A DNA stretch of 64,000 nt, taken from assembly GCA_964016885.1 (NCBI GenBank), contig OZ024741.1, positions 302,374,001-302,438,000 on the forward strand, given 5' to 3'. Source of the stretch: Eledone cirrhosa (Eukaryota). Both the position numbers and the translations under genes were made by a program. The notes under the pieces were generated by a model. It was given only the letters and a program-made list of their open reading frames with translations. It did no database searches and was not told the DNA's origin. This document shows, piece after piece, positions 38,442-53,400 of the stretch; the first letter of the stretch is position 1; every line of letters begins with the position of its first letter.

Positions 38442-41400
38442 ATAGCTTCTACCTTAGTGTGGCAATTTAATTATATGTATCTATATAAAAACAATTTTTT
38501 CCCCACAGAGCATCACATTGCTGTGATATCAACACATACCATGAACTCTTCACTTGTGGAACAAGAGATGTAAGCTTCTTCAGTTTTTCTTTTGTATTTA
38601 TTTAATTAGCTAGTTAATCGGTTCAGGCAATAACGAGAAGGATGCAGTCAGTCATGTATGATCAGTTCAATCATTGTTTTTACATTCACTCTTTCATACT
38701 GACATGGGTTGGACGGAATGGTTTGAGACAATGTTTTACAACCAGATGCCCTTTTAGTTGCATCTTATGACATGCAGGCATACAGTGTACCTATTCTAAA
38801 AAGTGGAATACTGCGCATCATCATATTACTGTTTAACGGCCATTTCTCCTCACCAGCATGGGTTGGATGAGTTGTCCTGTTGTGAGACAAGCCAGATCAG
38901 CTGACCATGTCTTGCTCATACAGAACTGTTTCTGGCTTAGTTTCTATGGCTGGATGCCCTTCCTAACACTAACCACATTTATAATGTTGACTGGGTGCTT
39001 TTTGTCGTATATGCTGTTAAATTTTTAAAACCTGTTCAAATCAATGATGGTCAACTGGTAGAGTCATTAGAACATCAGATAGGATAACTTGTAGTATTTG
39101 TTCAGGATTGACAGAATTGTTAGTGTTAGAGATGCTTTGTAGTATCTGTTCCAGTTCTTTATCTTCTGAATTCAAATCCCAACCAATGCTTTCATTAATA
39201 AACATATCAAAGAATGTTGATGGTTTTTAGAATAGGTACACCATATCCTTATGCCTTGTAAGAGGTGACCTGCATTAGGAAGGGCATCTGGCTGTAAAAC
39301 AATGCCTCAAACCATCCCGTCCAGACACATGCCAGCATAAAAAATGATGATGATGATAAAAAAATGGTGGTGATGGTAGTGGTGTTGCTGCTGCAGACAG
39401 TGATAACAGAGGTAGAGACTCTTTACCATTAGCTATGATATATAGAATACTGTGTCTGGTTCAGGGAATTCTTTTGTCATCATCATCATCAGAGGATATA
39501 CACAGACTGGAGAGGAACGAAGCTTGCATGCTCCGCTGGATGTGTAATAGTAATATACGTGAACGGCAAAGCATAAATGAACTAAGGGAGAAATTCGGAA
39601 TAAGAGGAATCAGATGTTGTTTACTCGAGAGAAGACGACGTTGGTATGGTCACGTGATGCGCATGAAAGACGATAGCTGTATAACAAAGTGCAGGGCAAT
39701 AAAAATAGACGGTAGCCACGGAGTAGGCAGAGCCAGAAAAACCTGGGACGACTTGATAAATTCCGACCTCACACACTTACACCACTCCAAGACAATGTCA
39801 CTGGACCGAGATCTTTGGCGCTACACAGTAATACAGAAGACCCGCCTTGCCTAAGTACAAAGCGAAACCTACAGTCAGTAGGCACCTCTAACAAAAATAC
39901 ACCCCCGCCCCACCACCACCACCCCATCCACACCACCCCTTCCAATGTAATGTTATGTTGGTACCACAACATCCAGTCCGAAATAAATGAGGTTGTGTAG
40001 GTGTCACGAAAAAAAAAAATACAGTCCACGCTGTAATGTGGCCGTGTAGGTAACACGGTAAAATCCTCCCAGTCCACACTGTAAACATGGTTGGTGTTAG
40101 GAAGGGCATCCAGCCATAGAAAACCCGCCAGACAGTCCTATATGAGCAAGACAACCAATCTTGCCTCAAGTGGGAAAACTCCCGTCCAAACCCATGCAAG
40201 CGTGGAAGATGGACGTTAAACGATGACGATGATGATGATGATGATGATTCTTTGATATCTTAGTTGTATCTTCTCTTCTCCTTATTACAGATTTGAAATA
40301 TAGCAGCTGGAGATTGTCAAAGGCAATTAATTCAAAACATTATATTATTGCCTTTAGACAGAACACAATAAGCTGGTTATTTACCCAGTTTTATTAACTA
40401 TTATCTATAGTGACCAACTGTTATTACAGTTATCTTCTGCGTTAGGGGCTCTCACATTTTAAATTAATGGTAAGAAAAGAAGGCGGGGATGATATGAAAT
40501 TTTACTCCATTATTCTTTTATTTCAGGGAACTGTTGAGTGTTGGGATCCACGTTCCAAAAACCGGGTTGGATTGCTAAGCCCTAACTTTAAGGAACACAT
40601 AAAGTAAGTAGATTTCTTATGATCCTCATTTTTTTTTTTGTTTTTAGAAATTTTTCAGAAAACATTGCAGACTTATGATCAAAAGCATTGCAGTTATAAC
40701 CATACTGATGTCCTCCCCTTTCTAGACAGTAGGTTGTAATTTGAGGGAGGTTTGAGTGCTGAAGCTGGCATATTATTACACCAGCATAGAGTTACGGCCC
40801 TTTACGGTCTGAGTTCAAATCCTGCCTGGGTTAACTTTGCCTTTCATCCTTACGGGGTCAAAAATAAAGTACCAGTAATGTACTGAGATAATTGCTGGCC
40901 TTGTGCCAAAAGTAGAAACAATTATTACACCAGCTCCAATAATACTTGCATTTAATTCAGTCTCCTGCTTTCTATCACTTGTGAAAATAGCCCCCGAGAT
41001 CTTGAACTTCTTCACTTAGATGCAGACTGCACTGAAGGCTTATTTACGTATTTTAGACTGACTGAAAAAAAAAGAATTTCTAAGTTCAGAAGTTATCATA
41101 ATCACCATCAACTTATAATAAATTTGTTTTTTACAATCTGGTCTACAATACAGTGAGTTGTTAAAACATTGTACAGAAAATAATGGTAACAACAGTTTAT
41201 CACTTTAGATGATAGTTGAGAAAATTGGGTAAATTACTCTTAACCCTTTAGCATTTACATTACTCTATATAAACTATTGTATTTTTGCAAGAAAGGCTCA
41301 ATACCTTAACATCAGTATGAGTGGCTTGTTACGGCTAGTTTGAACTGAAAGAGGTGAAAGAATTCTGGCCGGATACAGCCGGTTTAAATGCTAAAGGGTT

Positions 41401-44400
41401 AAAGATGGAAAAAAGTGAATGATATTTGAGAACTTAATACAGTTATTTGTATTTTAAGTAATTAATGAAGATTTTGGAGTGTACCTACTAGAATTATAAT
41501 TTTATTAAAATGATATTTGTAATATAACAAAATGTTCTTATATAGAATAATTTAGGAATGTATTAATTTAAGTTGGAACCCTTTAAAATGTGTAGGTTTG
41601 TTTGGCAGAAACGAAGCAATTTGGGGCTCGTTAGTATCAAAACGGTTAAAAGATGAAAAAAATCCATTTGTTAACAATTTTTCAGTGTTGATGGTAAACC
41701 TAATGTAACAGCTCTGAAATACCAAGATGCTCTGAAATTTGGCATTGGAACTAGTTCTGGTCATGTAAGTTTTTTATTATATGTCTCTGTTGTTTATCCC
41801 CCCATTCTCACTTCATGCTATTTTGCCAGATATATGTGATTGCTGTTATCACAAACAGGATATCAGTTTAACTTTCCTGCATGAGGTTTCCTTTTGTTTT
41901 TATTCCCTCATCTGTATTCATATATCTGTTTGAACTTTGTCTCATATCTTAGCCAATCCTTGGTTAAACAGTGATAAGTTGAATTATATATATATGTATT
42001 ATATTACATTATTTAAGGGCGGTAGATTGGTAGAGGGTCGGACGCGATGCTTTGACGCATAGAGTTACGGCCCTTGCCATTCTGAGTTCAAATCCCGCCG
42101 AGGTTAACTTTGCCTTTCATCCTTATGGGGTCGATAAAATAAAGTACCAGTAATGTACTGGGTAATTGCTGGCCTTGTGCCAAAATTAGAAACAATTATT
42201 TATGTTCATACACAGAACAAAAGTGCTACCTAAGGTTTCAAGGCCCGATATTGACCATATCTCCAGAATGTAAGAGGGATCAAAATTGTGACCTAAACTT
42301 GAGTGCTTATACGAGTTTATAATTGAGTGTATATGTGTATATATGTGTCTGTGTGTATATATATATATATATATATAGTAACAGTCAATCAACAAGATCC
42401 CAAATCTCATTCACTTAATGAGTAGGGTGGAATTTGTCAAATCTGATTGAGGAAATTGTTTCCATTGGTCTTTTGAATTGCTAATACTATCTACCAGTCA
42501 TCCAGGCAGAAGGAGCAACATGAAATAAAATGTCTTGCTCAATGACATAAGCATTGCTCGGTTCGGGAATTGAACTCACCGCCTCATGATTGCAAATCCA
42601 ATTCTCTAACCATTCAGCCATGCGCCTTCACAATATATATATATATACACACACACACATGCACATACACATGAAAGACATCTCGTCATAACCCAAGCAC
42701 ATGTAAACAATGAATATGTATGAATGTGTAACTGTGATTGCAAATATGTTGTCTCTTTTGCAATGTTCCCTCACTGTTAAGATTTCTTTTGTTTTTTAAC
42801 TTGATAAATTTGGTAGTCTCCTTTCAACTACAATTTAATGGCTACTCATAACTCTGATTATTTCAGGTGCTCTTATATGATCTTCGCTCAAACAAGCCAC
42901 TCTTAGTCAAAGACCACCATTATGGCCTCCCCATTAAATCAATATACTTCCATAACCAAGAAGATCTGGTACTTTCAATGGATGCCAAAAGCCTTCGCTT
43001 CTGGAATCAGCATTCAGTAAGTTTCACAGTTTCCTTGGTTTGAAATATCTACAGGTACGCATCATTTGTTAATATCAACTACTGCCTTACACCCAGTCTT
43101 CACAGTAAGGCAGTAGTGCTGGTGCCATTATAAAAAGCACCCAGTCCATGCTGTAAGGTGATAGTCCTGGTGCCACAATAAAAAGCATCCTGTCCGCCCT
43201 GTAAAGTGGTAGTGCTCATGCCATGATAAAAAGCACTCCATCCACCCTGTAAAGTGATAGTGCCAGAGTCATGATAAAATGTTCCCAGTATTTGCTGTAA
43301 AGTGTTTGACATTAGGAAGGGTATATAGTTATAGAAACCAAGTCCAAAACTGGGCATACAATGAAGATGTAGTTACCTGACCTGTCTAACCTCACTAAAG
43401 GACAATCTGTTTAACCCATGCAAGCATGGAAAATATATGTTAGACAGTGATGATGATAATTAGTGGGAATGTGTCTAATTTTCAATATGGTGCTTCTATG
43501 TATCCATTTTTCAATATAATGGGAATATGTCTAATTTTCAATATAACTAGCTGACCACAAGGAAAATCCATGGTTTAATTAGAAACAACAACCAAGCATA
43601 GGTAGAGCTTCAATTCCTTCCATGGTGGCTTGTAGGCCACTGTGAGATTTGGACTCATAGTTATAAGGAGCTGGAACAAATACAGCAAAGTATCCCATCT
43701 GGTACTCTAACTATTCTGCCAGTCCACCACCCTTAACTGTTACTATATTTATCAACTGCGGAAGGATGAAAGGCAAAGTTGACCTCAATGGGATTTAAAC
43801 CTAGAACACATAAAACCAGAATAACACTTGTAAGATATTTTGTCCAACATTCTAATATTTGGGCTGACCTTGCCCAATTGCACCTCTCAAAGGCGATGAC
43901 ACAGGATCGAGATCTCTGGCAATATGCAGTAATACAGAAGACTCGACTTCCCACAGGCACAAGGTGAAGCATATATACAGTATGCCTCAACCCACCCTCC
44001 CATACACCCCCATGAGAAAACCAGCCAGAAGCTGTCCTATATGAGCGAAACACGGTCGCCCGACCCAACTTGCCTCTAATGGGGCAAACCCACCTAACCC
44101 ATGTTAGCGTGGAAGATGGACGTTAAACGATGATGATGATAATTCTAATATTTCTGTCAATTTACTGTTTTATATATTTTTAGTTTTAATATATTAAAAT
44201 GTAGATCTGTAAGTTCTGCTTTCCACTTTAACAAACACTACACACTTGAAATTTGAATTAAGATCAGATAAGGTAAAAATAAAAAATAGATATGTTTTTG
44301 CCTATTTTTCATTTTATTTCAAATCTACACCATCTTCAATTTTTAGAAAATAGATATTCATGACATTACAGGGTTTATATAAACACTACATATTCTTTAT

Positions 44401-47400
44401 TTCAGTTTGTAGTGATTACTTCCATGTAATTATTGGACGTGTGTCAATATTAGAAATAATTAATTAGTGATATACATAAAAAAAGTGAAAAACAAAAACC
44501 AACACGATTCCAATCCCAAGTGAAATATTGGGGTCAATGTAATCAACTTTCCTTTCCCCCTAAATTACTGGCCTTCTGTCAATGTTAGAAATAATTGATT
44601 ACAGAGAAAAATATTTTTTTAAATATATCCATTATATCATGCATTGTTTATTTCATTCTCCATGTTTTTTCTCCTCTTGTTCCCAGGGTAAAGCATATAC
44701 TGCTATTGAACCAGGTGTACCCCTAACAGATTTAGCTGTCTACCCTAACTCAGGCATGGTGTTCCTAACTAATGAAGCACCTAAAGTCCTCGTCTATTTT
44801 CTACCAGTAAGCAAAGATTTTTTTTATTTATTGAATATTGTTTATTTATCTTCACATGTTTCTATATTCTAAACATTAGAAATAGAACAATCAAGATAGC
44901 AACATATTGAAAAGAAATTAATACTAATCGTTTAAATTATGTTAACTTTTTACTGTTGTGTATGTATTGTCTTTTTTTATTTTTCCTTGTCCTAATATTT
45001 TGGGACTTAAAAAAACCATTCTTCAGAGTTTGGATAACTCTAAGAGCAAAATGTTCCAGTCTTATCGGTTTGAAAATTGTGTGTGTATCTATATCACTTT
45101 CATCATCATCATTTTTACGTTGAATCTTCTATCCATAACCCTTTCAATATCAAGCTGCCTGAAACTGTATCTGGTCCTACATTAAAAAACTGTTTGTTTT
45201 AAAATGTCTGTATTTATCTACAAATCTCCTATCAAATTTTAAGTAAGAACACCATATTCCAAACACCAGATGAGAAAGTTAGTTATATTACTAAATCCCT
45301 AAGAATTCTTGAAAATAATTTGAAAACCAGAGACAGTGTCTTTTTCATTGGAAATATGGTAATGAAAGTGTTAAGTCTGCCCAAATCTTTCTTATGTATT
45401 TCTTAAACATTGTTTATCTGTTGAATATATAGGGCTTTTTGTGGTTTCTTTTTAGTCTCTTGGGACTGCTCCAAAATGGTGCTCATTCCTTGATAGTTTG
45501 ACTGAAGAACTTGAGGAAAGCAAAATAGAAACAGGTAATTTTATTTTAAATTTTATGGTTGGGATGATGATTGTTGTATGAAGAAGTGCCAAGAAATCCC
45601 AGTAGAAGACAGCTGCATTAGAGGAAGACCAAGGAATGTGGGTAGAAGATGACAAAGAAATGCAACTAATGGAGAGACTAATTGATGTTTTGTAACCTTT
45701 ATTAATATACTAATATATAATAAAATGCACTCGATAGAGCGCTGCAATCATCTGTAAGTGAGTTGCCGGATGCCAGTCTGTCTAAGAACTCGGTAGAGTA
45801 CAGGAACACATCTAAGCAAGATGTAGACATCCAGCCCAGCCATGGAGTCAATATCTCTACTTGAGTACCAACACATTTAGCTTCTTTTAACCCTTTCATG
45901 ATCTTATTCCTTATGAAATACACTCTATTTTAATTAATTAAGAATTTAATGGGATTTACTAAAATTATTATTTGTTTCATTATTACACTGGCATTTATAT
46001 CATAACTTAAAGGGTTTTTATATAAAATTATCTTCGAAGATTTTAGTTTAACCCTTTAGCATTTACATTACTCTATATTTACTATTGTATTTTCATGGTA
46101 AAGGCTTTACCTCACATAATTATCTTGCATAATATCGAATCTATGAGATTTTGATAATATTTATTTTGAGAACAATACCTTAATATCAGTATGAGTGGCT
46201 GGTTTGAAGAGAAAGAGATGAGAGAATTCTGGCCGGATACGGCCAGTTTAAATGGTTAAATAGGAATCCTTTTAATGTGATTTACTAAAATAACTTTGCC
46301 TTTCATCCTTACAAGGTCGATAAAATAAAGTACCAGTAATGCACTGGGATAATTGCTGGCCTTGTGCCTAAAGTAGAAACAATTATTACACTGGCATTTG
46401 TATCATAACTTAAAGAGATTTTATATAAAATTATCTTGGAAATTTTAGTTTAAATAGGAATCTTGTAACCTTTTTGGTACTTTATATAAAATGGCAGGTT
46501 CTGTCTATGATTTTTAAAACATTTTCAAAATAATCAAGAATTTGGATGGATTAAACTGGTGTTATAACTTCCATTATAAAGTTATGATGGAAGATTTTTA
46601 AAAATTGGTTATACCTGTACCACGATGAAAAGTACCCAGTCCACCTTGTAAGGTGGTTGTGGTGGTGCCATAAAAAAAGCTCCCAGTGCACACTGTATTG
46701 TGGTTGGCATTAGGAAGGGCATCTAGCTGTAGAAAACCAAGCAAAAAAAAAAACAGCTCATATGAGCAAGATATGGTCACCCACTCTGTCTAGTCTCTTA
46801 ACATGACAGCCTGTCTTACCTACACAAATATAAAAAATTGATGTCAAATGGTAAAGATGATGATGAAGATAAACTTTGTATCAGAACCTAGGGTGGTTTC
46901 ATGTATTTTGGTATCAAAAGGTTTAAAATGTATACTTTTGTTTTGTAGAACCAGGGAAGGTTTTAGGTGGGTTTGTATCAAAAAGGTTGCTATACCAGTT
47001 TAAAATTTAATGATGGTCTAATCACTCATGTATAACAAATATTTCAGTATATGATGACTACAAATTTGTCACACGAAATGAACTGGAAGAAATTGGTTTG
47101 TCTCATTTGATTGGCTCGAAAATGTTACGTGCCTATATGCATGGTTACTTTATGGACACCCGTCTCTATCATAAGGTATGGTGGAATTAATTCTATTTTT
47201 TCTTTTCTTTTCTTTTCTTTTCTTTTCTTTTCTTTTCTTTTCTTTTCTTTTCTTTTCTTTTCTTTTCTTTTGTCCATGAAAATGGAGAAATATATATATA
47301 TATTTCTTTATCTTTTTTCTGCTCATTATATATATTTTACTGTACTTCTCAGCATCAAAGATGCTAATTTTTTTCCTAAAATAAGTCTAAAAAATTTACC

Positions 47401-50400
47401 ATGCATCCTGGAAGCCAATGGTTGCATTTCTCATAGGCATATCCTAATCCCAGAGGAAAATTATTTCTGCTAGACAGTAATCTGAACTGTATATGACCTC
47501 TCAATGAAGTGTATAAATTATACTTAGTCAAAGTAATAAATAAACAAAATATCATAAAAAAACTAGGTAACAAGACCCAAAGTGCCAGGACCTTATTTTT
47601 ATATTTATTGTTTTTCAAATTTTTGGTTGTCAAAATTGGGATGCGTCCTCAAGGGTGAAGCATCTTTGACGACAAGATATATGGTAGTTAACAACTAAGA
47701 TTTCGCTATTAAGTGATGTAGCAAAACCCTATATTGGTTTAGGTAATATAATTTCCTCTGGATATTTGTTGATGTTATTCACTGTCCCATTTCACTTCAT
47801 TGTTTATGCCTCTTTTCAAAATCAAATATATAGCTGCCACACTGAAAAAATGGATTTATCATCATCATCATCATCATCATCACACATCTATTTTTCTATG
47901 CTAACATTCTGTCTATCATCAAGTGTTGATCAAGTAATTCCAGATTTGTCAGATTGTATTACTTGCATTTGAGCAGTGAGACAATGATGAATTCCATAGT
48001 GTGGAAGATGGACGTTAAACGATGATGATGATGATGATATAAACTTCTAAAAATTAACAAAGAGAGGACAAAACAACGAACAGAATCAAAGCAAAATGAA
48101 AAACAAATTTTGGGGGGAAACCTTAAAAAATTATTTAAAAAAAACAACGAAGGACATAGAACTCCAGGGTCATTGTCCGTTGAGATGTCTAAAGACTGCA
48201 AGGGTTGGCGCTATGCAATGCTGAAGAAGACCTAACCTGCAGCATACAATGTGACCTGACGTACCCTCCCCCTTTCCACTAGTACTGTGGCTCTGTGAAA
48301 CGGAGCCATAGTTATTCTCAACTTCACTACTTCAACCCCCCCCCCCCCTCCCACATGCACACATATACATTCCTGGGAGGACCCTCAGTTGTGTCAAAGG
48401 CATGACAACCTCTCCTGAGCACTCGATGGAATGTGAGACCATACTAAAGCGAGACACAGGTCCCTGGTCTGCCTGAGAGATCAGTGGCTCCGTTTCAGTA
48501 CTGACTTAGTCTACATGGGCCTGTCCAACCCTTGCTAGCAGGGAAAGCAGACATTAAAACAACGATGGATCATGTGATTAAAAAGCCAACATCTTAGTGT
48601 AGTAACATGACAGATATGAAATACATTGTGTGTATGTTTGAGCATCATCATCATCATCATCATCAATGTTTAACGTCCGTGTTCCACGCTTGCATGGGTT
48701 TGGACGGGAGTTTTCCCACTTGAGGCAAGAGTGGTTGTCTTGCTCGCATAGGACAGTCTGGCGGGTTTTCTACAGCTGGATGCCCTTCCTAACACCAACC
48801 ACATTTACAGTGTGGGGCTGGGAGGTTTTTACCGTGTTGCCTACACGGCCACATTACAGCGTGGACTGTGTGTTTTTTTTGTCGTGACACCTACACGATC
48901 TCATGTAAATGTTAAACAGTTACAGACGGTAATATATATATATATATATACAAATACACATGGTTGATGACTTATGGAAGAATAGGGTGTGTTGAGGGTT
49001 TGTTTTTATAATTTCTTCATAATATTATTTATTTTATTTTATTTTCAAGGCCAAGGCAATTAATGAACCATTTGCTTATGATAAATACAAGAAAGAAAAA
49101 ATTCGAGAAACTATTGAGAAAAGCCGAACCACTCATGTCAAGCTTCAGGTTTGTATTTATATAATTTGATGGATAAATAATTATAATAATGAGAATTATT
49201 GAGTACAGTGCTCAGGTGCACCACAACTCATCAAAGGTGCATGTATAGTGCATAGAATAATGTACAAAAGTCAGGAAAGTGAACAGTGTATGAGTCATGA
49301 TATACACACAGACACTATTTACCATATTCTTTTCATTTCATATGTTGAAACACATGTAAGACTAATTAAAATGTCTTAAATTCCTGTATTTATTTTATGT
49401 GTATTTGTGTGAGAGAGTGAGTTTGAGTACACACTAGATATAAATGTGCGTGTCAGTTTATTATAACATAATTTTTTTCCAATTTGGTTTCTAATTTCTA
49501 ATATTGTCACTACAGAAACTACCACCTATCAACAAAGAACTGGCTCAGAAGCTGATGGAAGATATGACTGAAGAAGAAAAAGAAAGTGCTGATGCCAAGG
49601 TCAGTAACTAACAGGATACACACCTGTTCATCATCATCACCATTGTTTTTACGTCCGTTCTTACATGCTTGCATGGGTTGGACAGGTCCTTCTCAGCATG
49701 GCATCTCTCCACTAGCCGCATTTCTTTGTCCTCAGCGATTTGAGGTCAGCTCTCACCACCTCTGCCCAGGTCTTTCTTGGTTTACCTCTAGTATGGCTTC
49801 CTTCCACTGGCATTTCCTGGTACTTCTTACCCATTGATCATCATCCATGAGCATCAAGTGTCCATACCAACGCAGTCTTCTCTCTTATATACCACTTCAG
49901 ATTCTTCTTAAACCCAGCTTCCCTCTCAGTTCATTCAAGCTCTATTTTTTCTCTCACATTTACATTGCACATCCAACGGGGCATGGCTGCTTCATTTCTC
50001 TCCTGTTTACACGTCTTCTGCAGTTACTACCATACACCATCACACATCGCACACAGGCATCATACAGTCGTACTTTCGCACGTAGCAAGAAACCTTTTGT
50101 TGTCAACAGTGGGAGAAGCTTTCTAAACTTCTTCCATCCTATCCTTATTCTAACTATTATGCTCTCTGTATATTCTTAACAAACACCTTTGCTCCCTTGG
50201 GCCCAGCTTTTGGTCATCTTTCTACATACACAGTTGTCTCGGCTTTGGTCATATGTGTTAAAAGTTTTATTTTAGTTTATTTTTGGAAGGGTCAGGTTTT
50301 AACTAATGGGATAATTGTAAGAAACTCTCAGGAGAGTTGGACAGCAGAAGGTCTTCAGGGAAAAAACCCTGAAGCAAGTGTTTTGGCCCTTAACTTCTTA

Positions 50401-53400
50401 CAATCAAACACAGGGATTCTGTGATGGAAACGATTTTCTAGATGATTTACGGTGACTTTTCTTGTTCATTGAACCCTGAAAATATTTGTACTTCTGTATG
50501 TTTGTAAATCATGCAAAACCATTTTGCTGGTTTGAGAGCTGATGAGGGTGAAGAAGTGTGTGTGTAAACTTGTCTTGTACATCGCCTTTTTTATTTCCTC
50601 CTTCTAGTCATGTCTATGCGCCAACACACTTCTTGTCCTCCTCCTCTTATGATCTTTTCTATGTTTCATCTGCCTGTCACCCACCTTGTGGATTATCTCA
50701 CTTTTGACCACTGGCTGCTGGAGGCATTTTTGCCTTCGCTGTCTTTGACAGCATTTAGCTGTTTTAACGGCTCTTCCAGCGCTGAGTTTTCTCATTTTTA
50801 TGTGTATTCATATACACTCTCGCTTCTTCTCGATCAGAGATAGCAGTTGTTTCATTTATATATATATATTATACACATACCTTTATATATATAGCAGGTA
50901 TGTATGTGTGTGGGCATGCCACCAGAGATCCCCATTTATGTTACTATATATGTATTAAAATATTATTTGTCTTATTTTACACAGAAATCTGAAAAGCTAC
51001 CAAATCTCTTGAAAGACAAACGTTTTGCTGCCATGTTCCACAATAAAGACTTCCGAATCATCCGCACCAGCAAAGAGTTCCATTTGATCAGCCCCCTTAT
51101 CACTAAACTTGAGAAAGATCTTGCCAAGAAACAGAAAAAGAAAGAGGTTAAAGATCAGTTTAAACCTGTTGAGGTATGCATTGATCTTCCCCCTCTCTTT
51201 CTTACTATCTATATCACTCTTAGTTTTGTCTTTACCCATCTTATATTTTCTCCTAACTCTCTCCTCTCTATCTACCCCTCTCTCACTCACTCTAATTATG
51301 TCTCTACCCATTTAACATTTTCTCATCTCTTTCTCTCCTTCACTCTACACCTTATTGCTCCTTCCTTCCATCTATCTCTTTCTCTCTAGTTCTATAACTT
51401 CTCACTCTCTCCTCTCTCACTTTAGCTACTCTTCTCCATCTATCAATTTTATTAATTCTTTCTTTACACATTTCACATTCCTTACTTTTTTTCTCTTGAT
51501 CTTTCTGTACACCACTCTCTCTTTCCCTCTCTCCTTTTCTCACTGTGCACACATACATTTATCCAATTTGCTCAACTATTATCTATAGTAATGTTGTTAC
51601 AGTTATTTTCTGCGTTTTGGCACTCACATTTTCGTTTCAAACACTCCCAGCACTTTAATAATTCTTAAAGTTTGTACGCATATGTTACTGTGATTATGTC
51701 CATCCTGTTGAAGTTTTCTAGTTTATTTTTTACTGCTAACCCAGGAAGAAGAATTGGAAGGTAAAGTGAGTGAAGAGGAATCTAGCAGTGATGATAGCAC
51801 TAGTGAAGAGGATGAGGTAAAAGTAAAAGAACAGTTAAAGGAACAGCATAAAAAGGTCCAGAAAGAGAAGAAATTAAAACCCAAGAAAAGGGCTGCTGAG
51901 AAGAACAACAAGGAAGGTAATATGAAAAATAATTTGACCAAATTTGAAGACAAAACGCCAGCTGAGAAGTCAAAACCTAAATTTTATGAGCTCAAAGAAG
52001 GTGATGATATTTTACTAAAAGCAAAAAGGAAAAACAAGTTAGTATTCCCACTTTCTTTTTCTTTTGTTGTTATTATTTTTAAAAAATTAATTAATTTTTT
52101 TTTATAGTTGAGTGATGGAAAGTTCTTAAGAAGCGATGTTATTTTTCAACCCAATCCTTATGGGCTGTGTCCTCTGGAATTCTCACATTGCTAACTATAA
52201 CCATCTCCCTCTGAAAGAATAAAATTTGTTGAAGGGAGCCTCTACACAGTCTATAGACATGCTGGAAATATATACTGTAAAGTGGTCGTGTAGGTGTCAC
52301 AACATAAAGCACCCAGCCCATGCTGTAAGGTGGTCGTGTAGGTATCGTGACTAAAAGCACCTAGCCCACACTGTAAAGTGTTCGTGTAGGAGTCATGACC
52401 AAAATGCTATATTAGAATAGTAAATCAAGAGATATGTACTTTGATTCTGTCTAGCAGCAGCTGGCCACTTTTTCCATCCATAGGAGTATTTTATCCGCTA
52501 TTCTAAGCTGTTGTTTATCGCAATCAACTGTTGTTACAGTTATTTTCTGTATTTGGGATTTTTCTAAATGAAGCTCAATGTGGTTTTACAATCAATAAAT
52601 AGAAGGAATGTCTTCATCCAAGATATAATTAATCCATATGGAATCAGGAATTAAAACTTTGGGTAAACTAGCCAAAATTTGACTATTTTTAAGAAGTGGA
52701 AAGACACATTGGATAATGTAATCCTAGCTACACTGTTATTAAAGAAAAAAGATGAGATTTATAATTCCAAATTTAATTCCATAACTGTCTATGTACTTCA
52801 GCTTCAGCTTGTACTCATGGGAGGTCGGGTACTCTGTATTACTGCGTGATGCCAGAGATCACAGTCCTAAAGTACCAGTAACGCACTGGGATCAATTCAA
52901 TCGAAATTGACTTTCACCGCCCCAAAAAAATTGTAGGCCTTGTGCCTAAATCAGAAATCATTATAATTATAATTATTATTATTTTAGGAAAAGCTTGTTT
53001 GAACGATTGGCAGAGACTGAAGATGTAGCAAAAGTGGACAGAGATACTTTGTCAGGACACATGGAATTCTCATTCACATTGAAGAAAGTAAGTCTCCTTC
53101 TGATTATGTGTTTATGCATATGTGGACATAGGGTTGTGTGGTTACTGAGTTTACTTTGCATTCTTGTGACTCTGGGTTTGATATCACTATACAGAACCTT
53201 GGAAAATGTTTTCAACCACTGCTTCAGGTCAACTTAAGAGTTGCTGTAGCGATTGGGTAGACAGACACTATCTACCAAATGGTCTAAACATGTCATTCAT
53301 GAGCCAAGCTTTCTTGTACACAGTGTTACATTACTCTATATATACTATTGTATTTTTGTGGTAAAGGCTTTATCTTACATGATTATCTCACATAATATCA

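Noticed and set aside
50411-50483. Box C/D snoRNA in a NOL10 intron (GTGATGG...CTGA)
   Set aside because: Imperfect C box, weak terminal stem and no rRNA-complementary guide I could recognise; a snoscan/Infernal search would be needed
50997-51953. Hydrophobic or charged ORFs around NOL10 exons 16-17
   Set aside because: Products of a CT-rich low-complexity intron and the antisense strand of purine-rich exons
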